Source: Bispira polyomma
Lineage: Eukaryota
NCBI GenBank assembly: GCA_965649765.1
Contig: OZ287749.1
Location: 310,001 to 374,000, forward strand
Reading direction: 5' to 3'
DNA: 64,000 nucleotides
Within the stretch, counting starts at the first letter, position 1; each line of letters begins with the position of its first letter. The notes beneath the pieces are model-generated. The model did no database searches, had not been told where the DNA came from, and saw nothing but the letters and a program-made list of their open reading frames with translations. The position numbers were made by a program, and so were the translations under genes. Positions 36,814 through 49,107 of this stretch are shown here, in pieces.

Positions 36814-37930
36814 GAAGATGTTAGTGGGAAGTACACATGGCAGCTAGTGGTACCTGAAGGTAGACGCCAAGAAGTGTTACAAATGGTACATGATCACCCA
36901 ACAGCTGGCCACCTTGGGGAACACAAGACATTAGCCAACATCCGGCTTAGGTTCTACTGGTACGGACACAGAAAAGATGTGGAAAAATGGTGTGGATCTT
37001 GTCACTTGTGTGCATCACGAAAGGGACCCAGCAAGAAAAGGCGTGGAAAAATGGGACATACTGCAGTTGGAATGCCAATGGAAAGAGTTGCACGGGATAT
37101 AATGGAACCACTACCCCGAAGTACAAGAGGCAACCAATACCTGTTAGTGTTATCAGACTACTTCACCAAATGGGTAGAAGCATATGCGATACCTAATCAA
37201 GAAGCTGCTACAGTTGCACGAAAATTAATGGAAGAATTTATCTGCAGGTTTGGTGTATCACTTGCTGTACACACCAATCAGGGAAGACAGTTTGAATCAA
37301 CTCTATTTCAGGAGTGGTGTGACATGCTTGATATTGACAAGAGCAGAACAACACCTTTCCATCCTCAAAGTGATGGATTAGTTAAGCGGATGAATAGAAC
37401 CTTGGAAAATATGTTTTTTCTTGGAAAAAGTGTTATTATGTTAAGTGTTACATCAGAAAGATTGGGACAGCTACATACCATTTCTACTTCTAGCTTATAG
37501 ATCAACAATGCAAAAAACCACAAATGCTTCACCTAATTTGCTAATGCAGAGAAGTATTCCTTCCAGTTGACGTCATCTTTGGGAGACCAGCAAGACAAGA
37601 ATATCCTGATACAACAGAGTATATCACACAACTACAAGAGGGATTACAGTCAGCCCATGAGTATGTATGCATAAAGATGCAACGAGCCAGTTTGAGACAG
37701 AAACGTTATGACAAAAAGGCACATGGGAAGTTACATGAAAATGGCGATCTAGTTTGGCTGTAAGAACTTATTAGGAAAACAGGAGTATGTCCTAAACTAC
37801 AGAGATTTTGGAAGGAACCTTATACAGTTCTTCAGAAGATAAATGATTTGCTGTACAGAATACAGCGATCCCCAAAGACAAAATCAAAAGTGGTACACTT
37901 TGACCGACTAAAAGAGTATAAGAAACGTGA
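36814..37930 (+). mobile_element. Gypsy LTR retrotransposon integrase fragment
   Basis: HDHPTAGH..CxxCxxC zinc finger, DIMEPLP, SDYFTKWVEAY, TNQG (D>N), HPQSDGLVKR (E>K), GPY/F-like WKEPY, VVHFDRLK. Confidence 0.92.
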
Positions 37931-38504
37931 AACTCTAGAAGGCAAGAGTAACAAGGACACAGGTGACATTGCCGGTATCAGTGAACAGGAAAGTTCAAGG
38001 ATACCAGAAAATATAATGGATGACTCATCAGATGAAGAGGATGATTTTCTGAGGGAACCAGGGCCAGGTGTCCCTGATTATGATAATGTATCCTCAGGTG
38101 GGAGTATTGGAGAAGGCGCCCTCCAGATCAGACAGGTGGATTCTGTCTGGTAGGAAGTGAAACAGAGATTCCTGGAACTTCCGGTACATTAAGTGAAAGT
38201 GTAGGAAGTGGAACTGAGATTCCTGGAACTTCCGGTACACTACATGAACAGATGAGAATGTAAGAGAGGGTGTTGGCAATGGCCCTTTGGAAGTATGTGA
38301 CCTTGAGAAAGGGACCTTCACTAAAGACAATCCTCGACACTTGACACATACTAGACATTCCCCTGACCGATTGACATATAATTAAGTATTCTTCAGACTC
38401 CCACTTATATCTCAGCACATCAGACCACACTAGTTAAGATTGTAGTGTTTTTTGTTTTATTAAGAATACAACAACTTACAACCAACTTATACTTACTGTT
38501 ACAG

Positions 38505-39117
38505 ATGCCCAGATAGTACTTTTGTCAGAAGTGCAACCTTGCCTTCAACAGAAAGTTGAATTGGGAGAGGCACTTTGAAAATGTTCACAGCACATCCACA
38601 TCTACGTTCATCTGTCCTTTCTGCCCAACAAGGAGGAAACATAAAACAGACATGAGACAGCATCTTAAGACAGTGCACCCGGACAGGAAATTCCAAAGTC
38701 AAGCTGATCCTGGACTGGTACAGGAAATCAGAATTAATCGCTCACAAATACAACACATGGTATCTGATGAAGCACTGCATACTCCATCACCAGCCATCAA
38801 ATGAGTTATTTGTGTACCAGATCGGAGTAAGACGAACAGGTCGCCAATGAGTCTTTGCAGCTCTGGCTTCCAATAGGACCCTGCATTACAGGAACTCCTC
38901 AGCGAGAACTGTGAGGACATGCTTCAGACTGCGGTGGAAGCAGCATCCTTACCCACAGAAAAAGTGCAGCATACACCAGCTAAGGAATCTGAAAAAGCAG
39001 AAATGGGTCCAAGTATGACATCACAGCAAGCCACCATATTGGTCAGGAAGTCTCCCACCATTATTTACGAGGTACCTAACGAACACCCTGTGCAGAAGTT
39101 GGTGCTCCCTACAAACA
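38505..39117 (+). pseudogene. C2H2 zinc-finger ORF downstream of Gypsy pol (putative accessory ORF)
   Basis: ttactgttacag|ATG; FCQKCNLAFNRKLNWERHFENVH and CPFCPTRRKHKTDMRQHLKTVH; stops at 38514 and 38802. Confidence 0.65.
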
Positions 39118-40075
39118 GCCTAGCACCCCAGCCACACACAGCCACCACACCATAGGCAAGGAGACCAGACATGCCCCATCCAGAGAGACCCGCCACACAG
39201 AGTTGGCAACACCAACCACCCAACACTGAAAATTCACACCCTAGAAAACCAATGATTCCATCCTCAGGACTTCACAGAGTCCGGAACCCTCACGAAGACC
39301 TTCTTCTAGACCACCCACACCTTCCTTTAACAACTTACCTCTCCAAAACCACAGCCTATATATGATATCAACCTCTCTGCAATTGATGTTAGGGGTTCCC
39401 AAAACCCACTGTCAAACTTCTTCCCCTGCCAACTCACAGAGTGGCGACACACAGGTCCTCTGAGCATGCCTATCAAACCATCCAGGCCACCTTCTGCAAT
39501 ATGTATTCCCTTGCCCAAGATTAGCAGCTTTTGCATCGGGGGCGTCTGCTATAAGAACTCCCACATCTCCTTAAAGACAATGAGTATCCAACCAAGTGGG
39601 CGGAAGAAAAAGTTAACTTGATGGGGGAAATACTCACACAGAAATTTGAACAAATCAGACCTTTCAGGGAAACACTCATAGCCACCCAGAACAGACGAAT
39701 CATTCACAAAGTCCCTGACCCCTTCTGGGGCAGCACCTACACCAATCCTCACCACCCAGCCAAGACCCACAAGACCACACCAAAAACCCAACACTGAAAA
39801 CTCACAACCAGGTCCTCTGAGCATGCATACTAGACTATCCAGGCCACCTTCTGCAAGATGTACTGCTAAAGAACTTTCCCACCTCCTTAAAGACAATGAG
39901 AACCAAACCAAGTGGGCTGAAGAAACAAAGACAAGGATATCATCATTATACCAGCAGACAAGGGCTCCTCAATGATTATCATGAACTCCGCAGACTACAT
40001 CTCAGAAGCAAAACGCCAACTTTGCAATCAATTTCACTACAAACAAATACCCAAACCCCTAATAATTCTCCCTAA
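39118..40075 (+). mobile_element. Rearranged Penelope fragments (NADAR region of copy-A type + RT N-terminal piece)
   Basis: DNA similar to 50-650 and 2058-2185; NPLSNFFPC, SEHAYQTIQA, DPFWG; IIIPADKG. Confidence 0.85.
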
Positions 40076-40576
40076 TGAGACAAATTATTCCCGTCACAGG
40101 CAAAAAAATTCACCTAAATAAGACTAAAAACGCGTACTATTATGAAAATATACCCCCAGCAAAACAGTCTTACAGCACACCCCTCTTTATTCATACCGTA
40201 GCAAAAAACCCACACCCACCAACCCACCATAAATCTCTACTCGCAACCAGTGACACTGGATCCTACTAAACCTATAAACCTAACCATGCTATTGCCTACT
40301 AGCTATAGGTTAGGAAGTGGTTATGTTTTAGGGGGCTGTATTTATTATAAAGACCATTATAATAATAATGCACATATATTATTATAAGAGCAATTCACAC
40401 AGCGAAACCCTAGGGATCCAAAACTTACCTCAGCCATTCCCTTACTATAAGGTTTACTATTACCTATCACCCCAAACATTTAGCAACTCTGAAAAGCATT
40501 TGACAGCCAAAACAAATCATTCTTTTTAACAATATAACGACCCTCTTTTTGCTTCCAAAAACAAAAACTATGTAAA

Positions 40577-41966
40577 ATGTCTCTTTACAGCCCTGACATC
40601 TCCAACCCAACCAGGCACCTGACGACTTCCCTGAAGATGCTTCACCACCTCAGTAATATAGGGGCCAACCTGAATACCTCAAGGATGCCTGAGGGCTTCA
40701 ACCTTGGGAAGGAGGAACCCAAACGTTACCTCAGGCCAGCCTGTGACAATAATTACATTAATGGCTTACTACAACCACACATCAACCGACTGTTTGAGGG
40801 TACTTTGACTTAAGGAGACATTACAAGTTCACACTGTTCCAGACCATTCAAAAAGTAAAAAGCCTCAATCCAGGAAAAATTTTCTATGACAAGTCCACCT
40901 TGACTGGATAAGAAAAAAGCTTAATCAAAAATATCATTCCACAATCATCAATAGGTTCACCACCCTCTTCAAACGCAAAGATGACATCTCCCACCCAGAG
41001 GACCTGAACAGGCTATTATTTCAGATGTTTCCAGTGACCAGATGAACCACCAGGACCCACAATGGACGACCAGGACACCAGATCAGACGTGAACTTGACC
41101 TACAGAAACCAACTAACTACCAAGACAACTCTACCACAACTACCCAACAAGACACAACAGACACGAACAGCACTACTACCAACACCCAGGCTGATGGACC
41201 TAAAAGTCACTCCCCCTTTCCAGAGACCTACCAACTAGGACTACCACCTTCCATTTAGACACCCACAACAGATTTCACAGTCTTCAAACCAACGAAAGAC
41301 CTACCTAAATGACCAGAGCAGCCTAACAAACGAGTAGACCACACCAGCCAAAAACAAAACAGACAGGACCACCACAGCAAAAAGAACATCATAGACTACT
41401 GACAGTACAAACCTTCAAGGCACTACAACTAACCTATAAACCAAAAAAACAACAATTACTGCTGTATCATGTCTTTTTACAGCCCAGAGGTATCCCACCT
41501 GGCCAGACACCTCACCACCTCCCTGAAGATGTTACATCACCTCAGTAACATAGGTGCCAATCTAGACTCTGCCAGGATGCCACAGGGCTTCCACATGAAA
41601 AAGGATGAACTTAGACAATACCTCAGACCAGCCTGTGAAAACTACATTAATCACTTACTCAACCAGCATGTCCACCGGCTATTCGACAACACCTTGACAG
41701 ACCTCAGGAAACACTACAAATTCACCGTCTTCCAGGCTATCCAGAAAGTCAAAAACCTAAATCCTGGAAGGAATTTATTTGACAAAGCAACCCAACTAAC
41801 CCTGGACTGGATAAGGAAAAAATTACATCAGAAATACCATTCGACCACAACCAACAAATTCTCTGCCATCTACAGACAGAAACACAACATTTCCCACCCT
41901 GAGGACCTGAACAGGATACTGTTCCTGATGTTCCCACCAACAAAACCAACCAACCTTTATAAATAA
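40577..41966 (+). mobile_element. Two tandem PLE ORF1 5' fragments
   Basis: MS(L/F)YSP..S..RHLTTSLKMLHHLSNIG...YLRPAC...HYK, homologous to the N-terminus of ORF 5801. Confidence 0.8.
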
Positions 41967-42782
41967 TATTACACATATATTATTATAATAACAATTCACA
42001 CAGCTAAACCCTAGGGATCCAAAACTCATTTAAATATATTCCTCTGATACACATTCTCCTACACCCACCCACAATACACAACTAGGCCAAAACACAAACC
42101 CACCATATATCATTATACTCATAAATTCAAAAATCATCCCTTGAATTCACAACAAAACCCATCATAGGAAACCAACTACAAATCCACATAACACATACAT
42201 TAGCATTGTAACGATGAAATGACTTCTCACATGAGTACACTGAACCAGGACTAGTTAAGCAAAGGTGTCTAAATTTACCCCATAAAATTATTACCCAAAG
42301 CCCTTAAAAACTTCTTATCTCACTATAAGTTTAACTTAAAAGTATTTTTAAAATTTTTAAAATAACCCCCCCCCCCTTTTTCTTAAAAACCAAGAGACCT
42401 TTTTCTAATTACAATTCATGAAATACACCCTCCCCTTCACCCACTCCAATACCACTAAGCTATTACAATCAACTCCCTAAATTTCTAATCACCCATTTTC
42501 CAATCCACAATCACGATCCCCAACTTTGGCAATTACAATTACCCACATTTCAATCAGGCAACTGACACCCCTCCTCCAACTAATTCCAAATCTTACAATT
42601 ATCAAAAATAATCCTGATTACGATATTTATCCCTAACACCACCCTTTATCAATTACAATACACCCTAATTACGTTTTCCAATCACCTTCCTTTTCCAAAA
42701 AAACCTAACACTATTCTCTATAGATTAACTTCTCCCATTCCTCAATTACAATCACTATAAGCTCCCTCTCCCCTATCACCAC

Positions 42783-42816
42783 TATATAAACCCACACTCT
42801 AGTCCTTAAGTCATTC
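42783..42816 (+). promoter_or_regulatory. TATA + Inr of PLE leader
   Basis: TATATAAA at 42783, TCATTC at 42811. Confidence 0.55.
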
Positions 42817-42820
42817 CACG

Positions 42821-42859
42821 TTCCACTAATGAAGGTCGTTGACCGAAACATGTCTGGAA
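42821..42859 (+). ncRNA. Minimal type I hammerhead ribozyme
   Basis: ttcca-CTAATGA-A-GGTC gtt GACC-GAAA-CATG-TC-tggaa: perfect stems I and II, palindromic ACATGT stem III, GUC cleavage site; core G5 replaced by A. Confidence 0.8.
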
Positions 42860-44491
42860 ACTTGGTATATGTTAAGTTTAGTGACATTATACTATATTGT
42901 ACTATAATATCTTTCTTTTTTCAGATAGGGTTGTATTACTCAGCTAATTAAGTCAACTCTTTGAAGTAATAAATTACAGGTTTTTTCTTATTATACTATA
43001 TCAGGTGTTTTTTTGTAATTATAACGTTAATTATAGATATATTTTATTATAATATATCACTTCCTTGTATAAATATAACGTATATTCTATACATTTTTTA
43101 TTGGTTTACATAGTTAAATAGTCACTTATAAAGGTATACCAGGTATCTGTAAAATTGTATAGAAGAAGTATCTTATAATTGGAATACCTTCACGTTAGCA
43201 TATCTAGGAATTATTCTGTATTTGGTTTAATATATACCCTTAATACTATATATACCATACTTTAAACTCATTTCTGCACTATATAAATACTACACTTTAT
43301 ATATCTGCACAGTTCCATAATAACTACTTGTCTATGTAACGATTCCTTACTACTATATATATACTGCACTGTATAAAAAAATTCTTGTATTTTGCACCAT
43401 ATAAATACCACACATTGTACCTATATATACGTGCATTGTACCTTTTTGTACTATTGTACTCCCGTGTTTGTACTATTACTAGTCACATATTTCCTTGTAG
43501 ACTAGCTACCAACCATTTGGCTTAAAAACTATTCAATTCTTCTATGTAACATTCCAAATTTTGAATGAAATTCTAATATCTCTAAATAAATAAAAATTAA
43601 GATATCTATAAATAGTGAATATATTCACTAATTCTTCCATTACCCAGCGTTTTTTTTTTCTCTAGTCACCGTCAACTCATCCACCTACTACAAATCACCT
43701 ACTGCTCCATAGAACAAATAAAATCCCACAACTACCTTATACCAGGGAGCCCACACCACACAAAACTCACCATAACTCGCCTAATACAGCACCACTCCAC
43801 GCTGTCAAAGCAGAGCTAATCATCACAAATACTTACCCTAAAAGTCTCAACGGACTCTAAACGAGCTCTAAAGATACACGGCACTTACCTTAGACTCTAA
43901 CACAGCTACTCATCAACTCTAATTTACTACAAATCTTACCCCTACTTACCTAACACACACACCTAAAACTAAAACAATTCTTTTTCACTGGACTGACAAA
44001 TCAATTTTTTAACCATACACACACATTTACACACTACAGAACCTTCTCTCACAAAACACCACACAACTAAATGGCTCTACAAACTCCACATTCCACACTC
44101 TTTCTTCTCTCACTCACTTTTGTGGATCTTAATAAAGCCTTTGACAATCACCAAGCAATAACCCTATCAACGGACCATAAGCAATACCCTAGACAATAAA
44201 AGGTTTCTACCAAACGCCACACCCTCCATCTATTTCTCTACACACACACACCTGGGTAACACCCAGCTATGCACACACACAAAGCCTTTGACACATCAAG
44301 GCCAACTCCACACACAAACTTAACTATAAAAACCTGAAACCCTTCTCTGTATCTATACCACCCACACTTCCCTTCCAACAACACTTAAAATTTAGCGACC
44401 CTAAAAAGCCAGTTGACAGCTCAAACCAACCAAAAATTTCTTTTCTCCTCCCTCTCTCTTACCCATAAAAAACAAGTATTACTGCTGTACC

Positions 44492-46427
44492 ATGTCTTCC
44501 TACAGCCCTGACGTTTCCCACCTGGCCAGACACCTCACCACCTCCCTCAAGATGCTACACCACCTGAACAACATTGGGGCCAACTTAGACTCTGCCAGGA
44601 TGCCACAGGGCTTTAGTATGAAGAAAGATAACTGAGGCGTTACCTGCCTGCGACAACAACTACATAAACAATCTCCTCAACCAACACGTCAACCGACTGT
44701 TTGACAATACACTCACTGACCTCAGGCTACATTACAAGTTCACCCTCTTCCAGGCCATTCAGAAGGTGAAAGACCTCAATCCGGGACGGAATTTCTTTGA
44801 CAAGGCCACACAACTCTCCCTGGCCTGGATTAGGAAGAAACTCCACCAAAAATACCATTCCACCACAAACAAATTTGCAGCCATCTTTAGACAAAGACAT
44901 AACATCAACCACCCTGAGGACCTGAACAGGATGCTGTTCATGATGTTCCCTCCAATTAGACCCACTACCAGGGCACAGAACCGACGACCACAACATGACA
45001 CCAGACCTGACCTACTTACAGACGTTAGAAGACAACACCTACTACCATCACCCAAGACTTCCATTCCAAGACTTATGGACCTCCAAGTCAGCCCTCCATT
45101 CCAGAGGCCCACCAAGACCTTCCCTTGACACCACCGACCTAGGACGACAGAATTTAACATAGCTACCCACAACAGGTTCCAAGGACTCCAGACCAATTTA
45201 AGGACCCACACAGACCATCCATCCACCAGACAGCCACAAGACAACAAGACTGACAAAACCACCACCAAAACCAGACCTACTGAAAAAAAACCAGCACCCA
45301 CCACCACCAACAGAGGCCTTCCCTCTCCACCATGAACCAGTCACAGACCAGCAGACCCTCTAAGGAGACCACCATAGAGCCACCACCACCTTCCTTTCCT
45401 CAGACCTCGACAGCACCTACCCAGCTATGTGACCCATCCCTACCACCCATCGACGTCCAGGAATCCATTATGCAACATGTATCCTTGTTCCTCCAACTTT
45501 AGGGGGTCTCACTTCTCCAGTACAGAACAGGCTTACCAGACGATCCAGGCCAGCTTTTGCCAAGAATATGACCTAGCCCAACAAATCATGGACATTTCTA
45601 ACCCATTCCAGGCCAAACAACTCTCCAAGATCCTGAAGCAACATCCATCCCAGGCCCAATGGTCAGAAGAAAAGGCCAATCTCATGGGGGAGATCCTCCA
45701 TGAGAAGTACAAACAGGTTCCTGTCTTTAAGACTAATCTACTTCAGACTGGACGCAGAAGAATCACCCATAACCTCCCAGACTCCTTTGGGGGCACCACT
45801 TACTCCAACCAAGTAGGCAAAAAATTTATGGGCAGAGACAAATTCGCTACCCTCCTGATGACCATCAGAGACATACACACCCCCAAACCACAGAGACCAC
45901 CTAGGACATCCAGGACCCTCAGAGGCATCACCATACAGGACCACAAGACCACTACCCCTACACACGTACATAGAACCAACCTGACGGACACTACACTTCC
46001 CACCCTCACAACACCTACCAGGAGACTACCTAAGACCCCCACAAAAAACCAGACCAACCACCAGAAGGACCATCAATCACCCAGGACCACCACTGCAGTA
46101 CGACCTAAGGACCACAGGACACCCACGACTACCCACAGGACACCCACGACTACCCACAGGACACCCACGACTACCCACAGGACACCCACTACTACCCACA
46201 CTCCAGCCAGACCACAGACACCACCACCTACAGAGACTACACCTGATCTTCAGACCACCACCACACCTACCAATGACCACCCTCAGGACCACAACATTGG
46301 GGCCAACTTAGACTCTGCCAGGATGCCAAAGGGCTTTAGTATGAAGAAAGAGAACATCACACTCAAAAAATTACTTCTCAATCCAGATATAATTATCAAA
46401 TCTATAATAACCTACCATTTATATTAA
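44492..46427 (+). mobile_element. PLE ORF1 (third subfamily): N-terminal domain + NADAR, truncated before SGNH
   Basis: MSSYSPDVSHLARHLTTSLKMLHH; RNPLCNMYPC...STEQAYQTIQA...AKQLS...WSEEKANLMGEILHEKY...LLQTGRRRITH..DSFGG..GRDKFATLLMTIRD; 21-bp TTTHRTP repeat 46110-46200. Confidence 0.85.
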
Positions 46428-46754
46428 GGTACAAAGAAGAGCTTAAATCTGCCTCAATCTTAAACTTAAAGTCATAAATTCGCAAACAGAATGAAACTAA
46501 GAAACGTCCTATAAAGTATGGTCTAGTTAGGATTGTCAAAGTAATATAGTAAAGGGTATGGATATGTTTATATTTAATATAACTAAAGTTAAACAGTCAA
46601 AATAGACAGTATGATATATATAGAATACAGAAAAGGAGTCCTCCTGGATGTGTTGTACTATAAACGTCCTTAAAATATATATTACAGGTTTGTAAATGTC
46701 CTGTATTCAACTAAGCGTGTTTACAAGATACAATATACATGTACAATTGTACTA

Positions 46755-46895
46755 TCTGACATATTCCATAACTTGACAGTAGTATACACATCAGACTTCT
46801 ATTTGATATATTCCATAACTTGACAATAGAACACACACCAGACTTCTATTTGATAGATTTCATAACTTAACAATAGAACACACATGAGACTTCTA
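46755..46895. repeat. 49-bp minisatellite, 3 copies
   Basis: ccataacttgaca.tag..cacac..cagacttctatttgata. Confidence 0.75.
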
Positions 46896-47904
46896 TGTGA
46901 TTTCATAGCTTTAGCAAAGTCTGTACGTAAAACTGTGCATTTTACTGTTGTGTACAAACTAAATACATAAAGTGCCCCAGTCCAACCGGATTTACGTATC
47001 ACACAGAGCTGACACAAGTATTTGATACAAAAGTCCATGGAGAAGTCAGTTTATATTGTTTTATTTTGTCAAAAGTGTAAGGTGATGCAGAGATCCAAGT
47101 ATTTGTACGTCAATACCTATGAAGATTCACAAAAAGTGTATGCAAAGACAGGCAAATATACATAAAACTACACACATTGACCCGTTAATATAGGTAATAC
47201 TACGTCAATCTCTATGTAGTCTTACACTGTTTTACATGTATTACATTAACACTCGTTTGGCTACGTCAAACCACGTTTCAGGAATAGATGTACCCAAGTC
47301 CACATTTTTGGTAACGTTGCTTGCGACATTATTCTTACATGGTTTGTGTGTCCAAATTTCAAACAGTTTAAAATTATAAATTTCTTGCCTGTCATCTCTC
47401 ACACCAGGTTATGTATGTTTATGTATATCACGTCAACTCCTGCAAATACCACGCAAAACCTACACAAATTAATTTGACGGCCAGTGGGACTGATGGGCAT
47501 AAGATTCTGAATGTAGCAGCATCGCTTCTGTTTATAACCTTTCAGTGCAATACAACCCAATTTCTACGTTTATATCTGTGTTGTTACCTAATGTTACTGA
47601 ATAAACGATTATTATTATTAATATATTATTTGAGGTTGTTGATGCGTGTAAATTAGATATTTTTGGCATTAAAAAGTATTAGATATTCAATGTGGCATTT
47701 AGCTGGTACCTAAACCATTACTGTTACTTTTATGGCATGAGACATTAATATAATATAAACAGAATTTGGGAATAAGATCAAGTACTAAGATAAACCAAGC
47801 CCAGATACAGCCGATACGTTATCATATATATTTACACATAACAAATTCAGGAAAGTTCATGTTTCTATTAAACTTTTCTTGGTCATGATTTAGTATTTGT
47901 TTTT

Positions 47905-48150
47905 TTTTATAATTTGGATATTTAACGTCCACTCTAGTACCTTTTAAGGTTATATTGGGACGGGTAGTTGGAAACGCTGGAGGAAACACTGCATACAGTG
48001 GATCAAGGTTCTGCACTGTAACCAGCGACCCACATGAAGGAACTACCACCTTTCCCACATAGGCATCAACGGGATTCGAACTCACGCCGCCCAGAGGTGA
48101 GAGACCAGTGATTGTGAAGCGCAATGCTTGCTAACCACTAGGCCACCGCG
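47905..48150 (-). mobile_element. tRNA-derived SINE (family 1), full length
   Basis: Reverse strand: GTGGCCTAGTGG A box, GAGTTCGAATCC B box, 3' GTGGACGTTAAATATCCAAA + A-rich tail. Confidence 0.88.
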
Positions 48151-48881
48151 ACACCGGACATGATTTAGTATGAGACACATTTATTTCTTCTGTCAATATC
48201 AAAGGATATTTGTGTAGCGTAGACAATACCCTTAAGATGATACACAATTTATTTTATACAATATTACAGTAACATATAGACATATGTTTTGCATGCCACA
48301 ATGTTTTAAATTTGTGCAAACAATTGGTGTAGTAAATTTTTACACTATTACAGTAGTACAGTATTGCTTTAATGTTTAATGTGTGAACAATTATTGGAAG
48401 ATATGAATGAATAAACTAAAGTAATACAAAATGTGGAATTTTATATGGACAAACATGTACAAGGCGATGCTACTATAATGGCAGAGTATTTATATATGCA
48501 GAACTAAACCCATAATAATAGATTTACAAATCACTTATATGCTTTAGAAAAGGGACATGGAATTATGCACTTATGCTTGCAATGTATTGCTAAGGACAAG
48601 AGGCGATATCTCAGCAACAAGAATTCAATTATAGCCATCTTCCTTGCAATGGCAGTATATTACAATCGTTTCCCACTGAATGCATAACATGCCTTCTCTT
48701 ACATAAGATGTGACCTACATTTAATAACAGAAACAAACCTGATTGGTCTCATCGACACTCTTGTATTATGTCAATAACTGTAACCTTCAGATAGACGTCA
48801 CACTATGGTGATTAAAGGCTTTTGGTTTGTCAATGAAATACTTTTGGTGACCTTACTGACGGATAAACAGCAAATTGACCG

Positions 48882-49107
48882 CCCCCCCCCCCACCTTCCC
48901 CTCCACCACCCCTAAACCCCACTTACCCTCCCCCCCCCACCTTCCCCTCCATCACCCCTAAACCCCACTTACCCCCCCCCCCCCCACCTTCCCCTCCACC
49001 ACCCCTAAACCCCACTTACCCCCCCCCACCTTCCCCTCCACCACCCCTAAAACCCCCCCCCCACCTTCTCCTCCACCACCCCTAAACCCCACTTACCCCC
49101 TCCCCCC
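48882..49107. repeat. C-rich ~45-bp minisatellite
   Basis: Cn-accttcccctccaccacccctaaaccccactta, ~5 copies. Confidence 0.9.
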
